From NCBI GenBank assembly GCA_035290965.1, contig DATDTD010000071.1, positions 48,155 through 112,154 on the forward strand: a stretch of 64,000 bases of DNA, read 5' to 3'. The translations under genes were made by a program, and so were the position numbers. Under the pieces are notes generated by a model. The model did no database searches. It saw only the letters and a list, made by a program, of their open reading frames with translations, and had not been told where the DNA came from. Of this stretch, positions 19,749-29,736 are shown one piece after another. The first letter of the stretch is position 1. Every line of letters begins with the position of its first letter. The DNA comes from an archaeon (GTDB lineage Archaea; Iainarchaeota; Iainarchaeia; Iainarchaeales; GCA-2688035).

Positions 19749-20201
19749 TTAATAAAGCCCCCTATTTTTTCTTACGCTTCTTATCCATTCCAAATCCAGC
19801 TTAGCTGTTTGAATTGCTGTTTGTAAGAGTTTTGTTAAAGAATCCAATGTTGGTTTTGCATCCGCATATCTGGACGCGTTTTTTTTGTACTTTCGCAGGT
19901 TTTCCAATCCATGTTCAAACTCATATAACGCTTCCGACAAGACTGTTTCAGCCCCATTTATTTTTTTTATGTCGGACTCTGTTTTTTCCAGTTCTTTGGC
20001 GACAATCTCTTTTTGCAGCTTGACAGCAGGCAGCAATACTTTTAATTTTTTATTTAGAACCATTATCCTGCTTTGCCTGCCGTACAAAGCAGACGACATT
20101 CTGTTGAGGCGCCTTCTTCTGTCAGCTATTTTATTTTTCAATTCTTCCGAAGGCTGTTTGCTTTTTCCTCTTCCAAACCATTTTTTGAACATTTCTTCCA
20201 A
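19749..20201 (-). CDS. Basic coiled-coil hypothetical protein
   Basis: 150-aa helical, Lys/Arg-rich ORF between purE and purC. Confidence 0.6.
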   Translation of the reverse strand: MEEMFKKWFGRGKSKQPSEELKNKIADRRRRLNRMSSALYGRQSRIMVLNKKLKVLLPAVKLQKEIVAKELEKTESDIKKINGAETVLSEALYEFEHGLENLRKYKKNASRYADAKPTLDSLTKLLQTAIQTAKLDLEWIRSVRKNRGLY

Positions 20202-20214
20202 CCTTTGCTTTTTC

Positions 20215-21003
20215 TCATTTTGTTTTTTTCACGGCAAGATTTTTCCTGTATTCAAGCAATTTTTTTGAAAAAGAATTATCCGAAACGTTCAGGAGCCCGA
20301 CTGCGGCAAGCGCGGAATTTTCAAGCCTGTTCAAGCCAACCCAGATTCCTGTTCTTGTTTTCTCAAGAAGTTTCTGCGCATCAAAAGAAGTGCTCTTTTC
20401 AAGAAGAGGAACGTTAATTGCAAAAAAATCTTTTGAATCAATGCCGTGCTCCGAGGAAAGCTCCACAAAATTTATTCCAAGCTCGCGGTTTTTGAGGGAA
20501 TCAAGGCTTTCAACTGTTTCAAAAGCCGCGCCGAAACTTTGAAGGATCTCGAGCATTTTTGAAAATTTCTGCCCGAAAACTGCTTCTTCAAAATTTTTCG
20601 TTATTGTGATTTTTTCAAAGCCGTTAACTGCAATGCCTGCTGCGCACGCTGCTGTTTCCACTGCATTTACTCCTGTTCCGAGAACGGGAATTCCGGAAGG
20701 CATCTGGTGCACTGAAAGCAATGCATCCAAGCCCGAATAATTGCCTTCAACAGGCAGCCCGATTACAGGCTTTAGCGTCTGCGAGGCAATTACTCCCGGG
20801 AGAGCGGCACTCAAGCCAGCGCCGGCAATAATGACTTTTGCCTTTGAAGAGGAAATGATTTTTTCAAGTTCCTTTGGATTCTTGTGCGCGGAACAGATTT
20901 GAAGCTCCGCCTCCACATTTTTTTCTTTCAGAGCAAGCATTAGTTTGTCAAAAACAGGAGAATCAGATTCAGAACCAAAAACAACCAGGACAGTTGCAGG
21001 CAT
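20215..21003 (-). CDS. purE: AIR carboxylase (PurE) with an extra C-terminal domain
   Basis: VFGSESD, SAHK, AGAGLSAALPG, PVIGLP and QMPSGIPV. ATG 21003 follows GGAG. Confidence 0.88.
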   Translation of the reverse strand: MPATVLVVFGSESDSPVFDKLMLALKEKNVEAELQICSAHKNPKELEKIISSSKAKVIIAGAGLSAALPGVIASQTLKPVIGLPVEGNYSGLDALLSVHQMPSGIPVLGTGVNAVETAACAAGIAVNGFEKITITKNFEEAVFGQKFSKMLEILQSFGAAFETVESLDSLKNRELGINFVELSSEHGIDSKDFFAINVPLLEKSTSFDAQKLLEKTRTGIWVGLNRLENSALAAVGLLNVSDNSFSKKLLEYRKNLAVKKTK

Positions 21004-21067
21004 AACAAGAACTCCTAAGAGCAACAACTTTTAATATTCTTTGTTTTCTTAATTTCTTGGGGTTTTT

Positions 21068-24055
21068 TTGGCACTGCAGAGGATAGAAGTAAGCACCTTG
21101 AACGACACAAGGGAAATTGTAAAGAAAAAAAACCTTTCAGGAATCGGCTTTAAGGTCGAAGGCGTAAAGCTCAACGATGTCTACACAATTGAATCTGATT
21201 TGAAAACAGCAGAGCTTGAGGAATGCGCAGAACTATTGCACAACCCTGTTTCTCAGAAAGCAGAAATCGGAAAGCCGATTGCCCCGAAAAGCTTTGATTA
21301 CTGCATTGAAACAGGATTTCTGCCGGGAGTAACAGACAACATTGGAAACACTGCTTCGGAACTCATAAAAGACTTTTTCAGGGCAAAAGGAAAAGAAATT
21401 TCCGCACGCGTTTATTATTCGCAGGAAATGTTTCTCAGGGGAAAACTTTCTTTGGAAGAGGCAAAAAGCATTGCTGAAAGCAGCGCAAACCCGCTTATTC
21501 AAAGGATTCACATCAAGAGCAAAAAAGATTTTTTAGCTGAAAAAGGAATGCCCGCGGTTGCGCCGAAGGTAAAACTTGAACAGTCACAGGAAATAAAGGA
21601 AATAGATTTGAATTTAAGCGAGGACGCGCTTGCAAAAATCGGCAAGGCGGGAATACTTGAAAAAACAGATTCAGAGGGAGAAAAAAGAAACGGCCCGCTT
21701 GCGCTTGATTTGGAATCAATGAAAACAATCAAAGAGCATTTCAACAAATTAGGAAGAAAGCCCACGGATATTGAACTTGAAAGCTTGGCACAGACCTGGA
21801 GCGAGCACTGCAAGCACACAATTTTTGCCGCGGAATTGGATGAAATAAAGGGCGGATTGTACAAGGAAAGAATCCGAAAGGCGACTGAAACAGTAAGGCA
21901 GAAAAAAGGCAAAAAGGATTTCTGCGTTTCTGTTTTTGTAGACAATTCAGGGGCAATAAAATTCTCCGAAGAATGGCTTGTAACAGACAAGGCGGAAACA
22001 CACAACAGCCCTTCGGCGCTAGACCCTTTTGGTGGTGCAATAACAGGAATAGTGGGAGTAAACAGGGATGCAATAGGATTCGGAAAAGGCGCAAAGCCGA
22101 TTGTGAACAGGTATGGCTTCTGCTTTGCAGACCCAAAGGATATCAAGGCGCTTTACAAGAGCAAAAATAAGCAGAACAAAATGCTTTCTCCAGAAAAAAT
22201 AATGCTCGGAGTAATAGAAGGAGTGAATGTCGGGGGAAATTGCTCGGGAATTCCAACTCCGCAGGGATTCATGTATTTTGACGAGAGATATAAGGGAAAG
22301 CCGCTTGTTTTTGTAGGCACAATCGGATTGATTCCCAAAAAAATAAACGGAAAGGATTCGCATGAAAAAACAGCAAAGGCGGGAAATACAATTGTAATGG
22401 TCGGCGGAAGAGTTGGCTTGGATGGAATTCACGGCGCGACTTTTTCTTCGGAAGCGCTTTCATCAGGCAGCCCTGCAACCGCTGTCCAGATTGGAGATCC
22501 TATTACACAGAAAAAGCTGAGCGATGCAATTGTAAAGGAAGCAAGGGATTTGGAATTGTTTGAAAGCATTACTGACAATGGCGCGGGAGGATTGAGCTGT
22601 TCTGTTGCAGAAATGGCAAAAGAATGCAACGGCTGTGTTGTAGAGCTTGAAAAAGTTCCCCTGAAATATGCGGGAATGCAGCCATGGCAGACATGGATTT
22701 CCGAAAGCCAGGAAAGAATGACTCTTGCAATTCCAAAGGAAAAAGTTTCCGAATTTCTCGCACTGATGGAAAAGCGCGGAGTAGAGGCAACAGCAATCGG
22801 AGAATTCACTGATTCGGGAAAATGCATTGTGAAAAGCAACGGCAAAGAAATAATGAACATTGACCTTGAATTTTTGCATGACGGCCTGCCGAAAAAAAAA
22901 CTCTCTACAAAAGAAATCCTGCAGGAATTTTCAGAGCCAATTTTTGAAGAACCAAATATTGGAATTGCCTTAAAGGAAATGCTTTCAAGGCTGAATATCT
23001 GCAGCAGGGAATTTGTTTCAGCGCAGTATGATTTTGAAGTCCAGGGAAACTCTGTGCTGAAGCCATTGCAGGGAAAAGGAAAAGTAAATGCAGAGGCAAG
23101 CGCAGTAAGGCCTGTTCAGGAATTAAAAAATGCCTTGGGGGTTTCACAGGCGCTCTATCCCGCTTACGGGGACATCGACACCTACTGGATGGCTGCATGC
23201 GCAATTGATTCAGCAATAAAAAATCTGGTTGCAATAGGCGCAAAGCAGGAGAACATTGCCCTGCTTGATAATTTCTGCTGGTGCAGCAGCAATGATTCTG
23301 AAAGATTATGGCAGCTGAAAAAATCCGCGCAGGCATGCCTTGATTTTGCAGTCGGGTTTGAAACTCCTTTTATTTCGGGAAAAGACAGCATGTTCAATGA
23401 TTTTCAAGGGTATGATGAAAACAACAATCAGGTAAAAATTTCAGTTCCGCCTACTTTGCTGATAAGCTCTCTTGCGCAGATAGAAAATTCTGAAAACTGC
23501 GTTTCAATCGATGCAAAAATTGCAGGCGACTTGATTTTTGTGCTGGGCGAAACAAAAAACGAGCTGGGAGCAAGCGAATATTTTTCTTACATGGGAAAAA
23601 AGCTTTCGGGAAAAAGATTCATTGGCAAAAATGTTCCAAAGGTTGAAATTGAAAAAGCAAAAAAATTGTACAATGCCTTGAACAAAGCGATTGAATCAGG
23701 GCTTGTGGCAAGCTGTTATCCTGTCGGATTGGGAGGATTGGGAATTGCAATTGCAAAAACATGCATTGCAGGCTCTCTGGGGGGAGAAATTTTCCTTGAA
23801 AAAATTCCTGCGGAAAAAATGCGCGGCGATTATATTCTGTTTTCAGAATCACAGAGCAGGTTTATTGCAACCATAAATCCCGCACACAGGGAAGCGTTTG
23901 AAAAAATTTTCAGGGACAATAAATGCGCGTTCGCTGAAATAGGAAAAATAACAGAAGAAAAAAAGCTTGTAATAAATGCAAACAGCACAAAACAGTTTTC
24001 AATGCAGATTGTGGAGCTTGAAGAGGCATACAAAAAAACACTGAGGGATTACTAG
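21068..24055 (+). CDS. purL: FGAM synthase subunit PurL with N-terminal PurS-like extension
   Basis: PGVTD, QTWSEHCKH, ETHNSPS, DNGAGG, SESQERM and SGKDS. Confidence 0.95.
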   Translation: MALQRIEVSTLNDTREIVKKKNLSGIGFKVEGVKLNDVYTIESDLKTAELEECAELLHNPVSQKAEIGKPIAPKSFDYCIETGFLPGVTDNIGNTASELIKDFFRAKGKEISARVYYSQEMFLRGKLSLEEAKSIAESSANPLIQRIHIKSKKDFLAEKGMPAVAPKVKLEQSQEIKEIDLNLSEDALAKIGKAGILEKTDSEGEKRNGPLALDLESMKTIKEHFNKLGRKPTDIELESLAQTWSEHCKHTIFAAELDEIKGGLYKERIRKATETVRQKKGKKDFCVSVFVDNSGAIKFSEEWLVTDKAETHNSPSALDPFGGAITGIVGVNRDAIGFGKGAKPIVNRYGFCFADPKDIKALYKSKNKQNKMLSPEKIMLGVIEGVNVGGNCSGIPTPQGFMYFDERYKGKPLVFVGTIGLIPKKINGKDSHEKTAKAGNTIVMVGGRVGLDGIHGATFSSEALSSGSPATAVQIGDPITQKKLSDAIVKEARDLELFESITDNGAGGLSCSVAEMAKECNGCVVELEKVPLKYAGMQPWQTWISESQERMTLAIPKEKVSEFLALMEKRGVEATAIGEFTDSGKCIVKSNGKEIMNIDLEFLHDGLPKKKLSTKEILQEFSEPIFEEPNIGIALKEMLSRLNICSREFVSAQYDFEVQGNSVLKPLQGKGKVNAEASAVRPVQELKNALGVSQALYPAYGDIDTYWMAACAIDSAIKNLVAIGAKQENIALLDNFCWCSSNDSERLWQLKKSAQACLDFAVGFETPFISGKDSMFNDFQGYDENNNQVKISVPPTLLISSLAQIENSENCVSIDAKIAGDLIFVLGETKNELGASEYFSYMGKKLSGKRFIGKNVPKVEIEKAKKLYNALNKAIESGLVASCYPVGLGGLGIAIAKTCIAGSLGGEIFLEKIPAEKMRGDYILFSESQSRFIATINPAHREAFEKIFRDNKCAFAEIGKITEEKKLVINANSTKQFSMQIVELEEAYKKTLRDY

Positions 24056-24856
24056 ATGCCAAAAGCGCTTGTATTGACTGGATATGGAATCAACTGCGAG
24101 GAAGAAACAGCGCTCGCTTTCAGGAAAGCGGGAGCACAGGCAGAAATCGTTCACATCAATGATTTGATTGAAAAGCCTGCGAGATTAAAGGAATTCAATA
24201 TTCTCGCTTTTCCGGGGGGATTTTCCTATGGCGATGACACTGGAAGCGGAAATGCGCTTGCAAGCAAAATCCGCAGCAATATCTGGAACCAGATACTTGA
24301 ATTCATTGAAGCAGAAAACCTTGTAATCGGGATCTGCAATGGTTTCCAGGTAATTGCAAACTTAGGGTTAGTTCCCGGATTCAAAAAAAATTACGGCGAA
24401 AGAAAAATCGCACTGATGCACAACAATACTGCGAGGTATGAATGCAGATGGGTCTCATTGAAGGGGATTTCTAAAAAATGCGTTTTTACAAAGGGAATTG
24501 AAACAATCCGCCTGCCTGTTGCGCACGGAGAGGGAAAGTTTTTCGCACCTGCAAAAATACTTGAAAAGCTCAATGCCCAGGAACAAATTGTTTTCAGGTA
24601 TGCAAATGAAAATGGCGCACTTGCGGAAGGAAAGTTTCCCGAAAATCCGAACGGGGCTCTTGAAGACATTGCGGGAATCTGCAATGAAACAGGAAAAGTT
24701 TTCGGTTTAATGCCGCACCCTGAAAGAAACATTTTCTTTACACAGCAGGACAACTGGCTATTGCAGAAGGAAATTCTCCTGCGGCAGGGAAAAAAGCTTC
24801 CCGAAGAAAGCGCAGGAATGCGGATTTTCAGGAATGCAGTTGAATATTTCAAGTGA
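24056..24856 (+). CDS. purQ: FGAM synthase glutaminase subunit
   Basis: GGFSYGD, GICNGFQ, AHGEG and MPHPER. Confidence 0.95.
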   Translation: MPKALVLTGYGINCEEETALAFRKAGAQAEIVHINDLIEKPARLKEFNILAFPGGFSYGDDTGSGNALASKIRSNIWNQILEFIEAENLVIGICNGFQVIANLGLVPGFKKNYGERKIALMHNNTARYECRWVSLKGISKKCVFTKGIETIRLPVAHGEGKFFAPAKILEKLNAQEQIVFRYANENGALAEGKFPENPNGALEDIAGICNETGKVFGLMPHPERNIFFTQQDNWLLQKEILLRQGKKLPEESAGMRIFRNAVEYFK

Positions 24857-24860
24857 TTTT

Positions 24861-26663
24861 TTGGACAAGGTTTTGGTTCTGGATTTCGGCGGGCAATACT
24901 GCCACCTGATTGCAAACAGAATCAGAAGGCTTGGAGTGCTTGCGGAAATAATAGATCCTGATTCTGAACTGAAAAATCTTGAAGGAGTAAAGGCGCTCGT
25001 GCTTTCCGGAGGGCCGGCATCTGTTTACGATGCAAACTCACCAAAATGGAACAGAAAAATCCTTTCACTTGGAATTCCAATGCTCGGAATCTGTTATGGG
25101 CACCAGCTATTGATGCAGGAGCTCGGCGGAAAAGTGGAAAAAGGAACAAAGCGCGAATATGGAATTGCAGAGCTCAGAATAATGCGCGGAAATGCCGCTG
25201 CCCTGCAGATGGCAAAAGGGCTTTCTGAAAAAGAACAGGTCTGGATGTCTCACGGAGACGTTGTTTCAAAACTGCCTGAAGGATTTACTGCAATAGGCTC
25301 GACTGAAAACTGCGCAGTTGCAATGGCAATGAATCCCGAAAAAAAAATCCTTGGTCTGCAGTTCCATCCCGAAGTGGAACACACAAAAAACGGAATGAAA
25401 CTCCTGGAAAATTTTCTTGAATTGTGCGGATGCAGAAAAGAATGGAACACTGATTCCTACCTTGAACAGAAAAAAAAAGAAATAATCACAAAAGCAGGAG
25501 GAAAAAAAGTTTTTCTGCTTGCATCGGGCGGAGTTGATTCAACTGTCTGTTTGGCAATGCTGAATTCAGTGCTCGGAAAGGAAAAAATAGTCGCACTGCA
25601 CATTGACACTGGTTTCATGCGCAAAAATGAAAGCAAAAAAGTCAAAAAAGCACTGCTTGCAGTCGGCTTTGACAATCTGCATGTTGCAAATGCATCTGAC
25701 TATTTTTTTGAAAAAATAAAAGGCGTTATCGAGCCCGAGGAAAAAAGAAAAATAATCGGAAACGCTTTCATTGAAGTACAGCAGGAAGAAATGAAAAAAC
25801 TCGGATTGAATCCTGAAGAATGGCTTTTGGGGCAGGGAACAATTTATCCGGATACAATTGAAAGCGGCAGGACAAAAAACGCTGAAGTAATCAAAACCCA
25901 TCATAACAGGGCGCCGATAATAATGGAAATGCTGAAACAGGGAAAAATAATCGAGCCCCTTGATTTGCTTTACAAGGACGAAGTACGGGAACTTGGAGAA
26001 AAGCTTGGATTGCCGCATGAACTTGTATGGAGGCATCCTTTTCCCGGGCCGGGATTGGCAATCAGGATTCTCTGCAGCAATGGAAAAGCAAATGGAAAAG
26101 AGCTTGAAGAAATTTCAAAAGCCGCGGATAAAATTGCAGAGGCTTCTGGTTTGCATGCAGAAGCTCTGCCAGTGCAGAGCGTCGGAGTTCAGGGAGACGG
26201 AAGGACTTTCAAGCATCCTGCGGTTTTGATTGGAAAAGCAGACTGGAAAAAGCTCGAGGCTGTTTCAACAGCAATTACAAATGAAATTTCAGGAATAAAC
26301 CGCGCGCTCTGGCTTGTAAAGGGAAAAAAAGATTTCAAGCTGCAGAGTGCGAGCATTACAAAAAAGCGCGTTGCTTTATTGCAGGAAGCCGATGAAATTG
26401 TTTTTGAAGAAACAAGCAGGGCGGGGCTCTGGGAAAAAATCTGGCAGTTTCCCGTTGTATTGATTCCTGTTGGCAGTGAAAGCGGGAAGGAATCAATTGT
26501 GCTGAGGCCTGTTTTTTCAAGGGACGCAATGACTGTGCAGTTCGCAGACCTGCCGCAGGAATTTTTGGAAATGCTTGCAGAAAAGCTTCTGAAAATCAAG
26601 GGCATTGAAAATGTTTTTTTTGACGTAACCCACAAGCCCCCGGGAACAATTGAATGGGAATAA
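24861..26663 (+). CDS. guaA: GMP synthase (fused GATase and synthetase)
   Basis: LDFGGQY, GICYGHQ, QFHPEV, SGGVDS, IKTHHN, HPFPGPGL and KPPGTIEWE. TTG start at 24861. Confidence 0.96.
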   Translation: MDKVLVLDFGGQYCHLIANRIRRLGVLAEIIDPDSELKNLEGVKALVLSGGPASVYDANSPKWNRKILSLGIPMLGICYGHQLLMQELGGKVEKGTKREYGIAELRIMRGNAAALQMAKGLSEKEQVWMSHGDVVSKLPEGFTAIGSTENCAVAMAMNPEKKILGLQFHPEVEHTKNGMKLLENFLELCGCRKEWNTDSYLEQKKKEIITKAGGKKVFLLASGGVDSTVCLAMLNSVLGKEKIVALHIDTGFMRKNESKKVKKALLAVGFDNLHVANASDYFFEKIKGVIEPEEKRKIIGNAFIEVQQEEMKKLGLNPEEWLLGQGTIYPDTIESGRTKNAEVIKTHHNRAPIIMEMLKQGKIIEPLDLLYKDEVRELGEKLGLPHELVWRHPFPGPGLAIRILCSNGKANGKELEEISKAADKIAEASGLHAEALPVQSVGVQGDGRTFKHPAVLIGKADWKKLEAVSTAITNEISGINRALWLVKGKKDFKLQSASITKKRVALLQEADEIVFEETSRAGLWEKIWQFPVVLIPVGSESGKESIVLRPVFSRDAMTVQFADLPQEFLEMLAEKLLKIKGIENVFFDVTHKPPGTIEWE

Positions 26664-26664
26664 A

Positions 26665-27204
26665 TTATTTTCTTCTGCGATCGCGCATTTTTCTGGCAAC
26701 GTAGTCCCGGGTGCGCTTGGTGGCAGTTGAAATTTTGTAACGATACGGCCTTTTCCAACCCATGGGCACCAGCATTTTACGCATGATAGTGGTGGGAGAC
26801 GTCCCAAAACTGATTTTGAAGGAAGGGAACAGTTCTTTTGTTTCTTTTAAAACCCGGAAAAATGCAAATGCGCCGATTCCTTTGCGGCCAAAAATTTCGT
26901 CAGGGTGTTTTGATTCTCCTTTCACGCTTATCTTGTCTTCCCCAAAAGGATAAAACCACATAAACTTGATTTTTTTCTCTTTTTCATGAATACGCAATTC
27001 GACGCTGCCCAAATTTTTTCCAATCCACTCAGAGTTTCCCTGAATCCATTCCTGAAAAGCCGGCGTTGTGACAAACAATCCTTCAGCCCCTTTTTCAAAA
27101 GGCCCGAAATGTGTTTTGTAGCACAAACGGTCGTCGCCCTTATACCCGGGTTTTTCGGCTTCATAATCCGGAACAATCCACAACCCCAAAACCTGTTTGC
27201 GCAT
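26665..27204 (-). CDS. Hypothetical protein, possible GNAT-like fold
   Basis: ATG 27204. GRKGIG resembles the acetyl-CoA-binding motif A. Basic C-terminus. Confidence 0.5.
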   Translation of the reverse strand: MRKQVLGLWIVPDYEAEKPGYKGDDRLCYKTHFGPFEKGAEGLFVTTPAFQEWIQGNSEWIGKNLGSVELRIHEKEKKIKFMWFYPFGEDKISVKGESKHPDEIFGRKGIGAFAFFRVLKETKELFPSFKISFGTSPTTIMRKMLVPMGWKRPYRYKISTATKRTRDYVARKMRDRRRK

Positions 27205-27272
27205 ACTAATCAATACGATTGAGAGATTAAAAAATGTTTTGACATGTATTTTCAAAAGGAAGCGAAAAAACA

Positions 27273-28352
27273 ATGAAATACAGCCAAATAGTGGATTATT
27301 CAAAGCTCGACCCTGTGAAGGCAGCGGCTTTGGAAAAGTTTTCCGGCACAATGAAAAATCCCGAGAGGCTTGGGATTAGGATTGTGCAGGAAACAATCGG
27401 AGAGCCCGCGGTTGCGATTGATTTTCAGAAAGAGGATTTTCTGCTTGCATTCAATGTCGAAGGATTGGGAACAAAAAACCTCATTGCAGATGCAATGTGC
27501 CGCGATAAAAGAGGAAAAGGCGCGAAATACTTTGAATGCGTTGGCATTGACAATGTTGCAATGAGCACAAACGATCTGCTTGCAATTGGCGCGGATGCAT
27601 TTGCTTACGGAGACATAATAAGCTCGGGAAATTCCACGTGGTTCGATGAAGGAGAAAAAATCAAAAACCTGTTTGAGGGGTTCAGAAAGGCTGCGGAAGA
27701 AATTGGAATGGCAATTCCCTGCGGGGAAACACCCACTTTGAGCGGCATTGTAAATCCCGAAACTCTGGATATGGCAGGGGCATCTGTAGGAATAATAAAG
27801 CCGAAAACAAGGCTGGTTTATGGAAAAGAAATTTCAGAAGGAGACCTGATTATCGGATTGGAAAGCTCGGGACTGCATGCAAACGGAATTTCTCTCGCGA
27901 GAAAAGTAGCGGAAACTCTCCCTCAAGGATATTTCACTGAAATGCGGAATGGAAAAATTTTCGGAGAAGAAATACTGAAGCCGACTGTGCTGTACACTCG
28001 CGCAGTAATTGAAATGCTTGAAAAAACAGAAATCCATTATCTTGCCCCCATTACTGGGCATGGATGGAAAAAAATAATGCGTGCAAAAAAAACATTTTCA
28101 TATGAAATAGATTTTGTTCCTGCGCCAGAAGAAATTTTCAGATTCCTGCAGGAAAAAGCTGAAATTTCCGATAAAGAGGCTTATTACACCTGGAACATGG
28201 GCATTGGATACGCAATAATCGCCCCGAAAAAAAGCCTTGCGGAAATAGAAAAAATTTCTTCAAGGCACAAAATAAAGTGCTTTGAACTCGGAAAAGTGTG
28301 CAAAGGGGAAAAAAGAGTGCTCATAAAGCCAAAGGGATTTGCGCTTGAATAA
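27273..28352 (+). CDS. purM: AIR synthetase
   Basis: EGLGTK, VAMSTND, GET, SSGLHANG, ITG and NMGIG. Confidence 0.93.
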   Translation: MKYSQIVDYSKLDPVKAAALEKFSGTMKNPERLGIRIVQETIGEPAVAIDFQKEDFLLAFNVEGLGTKNLIADAMCRDKRGKGAKYFECVGIDNVAMSTNDLLAIGADAFAYGDIISSGNSTWFDEGEKIKNLFEGFRKAAEEIGMAIPCGETPTLSGIVNPETLDMAGASVGIIKPKTRLVYGKEISEGDLIIGLESSGLHANGISLARKVAETLPQGYFTEMRNGKIFGEEILKPTVLYTRAVIEMLEKTEIHYLAPITGHGWKKIMRAKKTFSYEIDFVPAPEEIFRFLQEKAEISDKEAYYTWNMGIGYAIIAPKKSLAEIEKISSRHKIKCFELGKVCKGEKRVLIKPKGFALE

Positions 28353-28401
28353 AACAGGTTTTTAAAACCAAAGCAAAGTAGTATTTACAAGTTTTGAGGG
28401 T

Positions 28402-29679
28402 ATGCTTATGGCAAAAAAACAGAAGCTCTATGAAATGCATCTCAAGGCAGTCGAGAAATTTGATTCAGAACTTTTCAACGCAGTTGTTTCCGAAAAAGAA
28501 AGGCAGATGTCTGGAATTGAACTTATTCCAAGCGAAAACCTTGTAAGCTCGGCAGTGCTTGAAGCCCTTGGAAGCGTTGCAACAAACAAGTACTCCGAAG
28601 GATACCCTGCAAAAAGATATTACGGGGGAAACGAATTCATTGACGTAATTGAAAACCTTGCAATTGAAAGGGCAAAAAAACTTTTTAGTGCGGAACACGT
28701 GAATGTACAGCCGTTAAGCGGTTCTCCTGCAAATATGGCAATGTATTTTGCGCTCATGGAAATAGGGGAAACATTCATGGGAATGAAGCTTACAGAGGGA
28801 GGGCATCTCACTCACGGGCATCCTGTGAATTTTTCGGGAAAGCTTTACAAATGCGTCCAGTACGGCGTGGATAAAGACACTGAAATGCTTGATTACGATG
28901 CAATAAAAAAAATTGCAATTGAAACAAAGCCGAAAATAATTCTTTCAGGATACACCGCATATTCAAGGGCAATTGATTTCAAGGCATTCAGGGAAATCGC
29001 GGATGCGAGCGGAGCATACTGCTGCGCAGACATTGCTCACATTGCGGGATTGTGCGCTGCTGGCGTGCACGAGAATCCTGTTCCTTATTTTGATGTAGTA
29101 ACAACTACAACGCACAAAACCCTTAGAGGGCCGCGCGGCGCAATGATAATGTGCAAAAAAGATTTTTCAGAAAAAATAGACAAATCTGTTTTTCCCGGTT
29201 TGCAGGGCGGCCCGCATGAAAACGTGATTGCTGCGAAAGCCGTTGCTTTCAAGGAGGCAATGCAGCCCGCATTCAGGGATTATGCCTCACAGATTGTAAA
29301 GAATGCAAAGGCGCTTGCAGAATCCTTGATGGGAAAAGGACTGAGGCTTGTTAGCGACGGGACAGACAATCATTTAATGCTTGTTGATGTTTTTGAAAGC
29401 AAAAAAATAACGGGAAAACAGGCGGAACATGCGCTCGAGCTTGCGGGAATTTACTGCAACAAGAACACTATTCCCTTTGACACAAGAACTCCATGGGATC
29501 CCAGCGGAATCAGGATCGGAACTCCTGCAATCACAACGCGCGGAATGAAGGAAACACACATGAAGGAAGTTGCCGGCTTTATTGTAAAGGCGCTTGACAA
29601 TTCAAGCGATGAGGCAAAGCTCGCGCTTGTAAAGGCGGAAGTAAAGGAATTCTGCAGACAGTTCACTTTCTACAAGTAA
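28402..29679 (+). CDS. glyA: Serine hydroxymethyltransferase (bacterial type)
   Basis: [22 protein letters not shown] and [13 protein letters not shown]. Confidence 0.97.
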   Translation: MLMAKKQKLYEMHLKAVEKFDSELFNAVVSEKERQMSGIELIPSENLVSSAVLEALGSVATNKYSEGYPAKRYYGGNEFIDVIENLAIERAKKLFSAEHVNVQPLSGSPANMAMYFALMEIGETFMGMKLTEGGHLTHGHPVNFSGKLYKCVQYGVDKDTEMLDYDAIKKIAIETKPKIILSGYTAYSRAIDFKAFREIADASGAYCCADIAHIAGLCAAGVHENPVPYFDVVTTTTHKTLRGPRGAMIMCKKDFSEKIDKSVFPGLQGGPHENVIAAKAVAFKEAMQPAFRDYASQIVKNAKALAESLMGKGLRLVSDGTDNHLMLVDVFESKKITGKQAEHALELAGIYCNKNTIPFDTRTPWDPSGIRIGTPAITTRGMKETHMKEVAGFIVKALDNSSDEAKLALVKAEVKEFCRQFTFYK

Positions 29680-29736
29680 AGCTTCTGCTGTTTCTTGCAA
29701 ATATGCCTTTTTATTTTTTTTGGCTGAAAGTAAATT

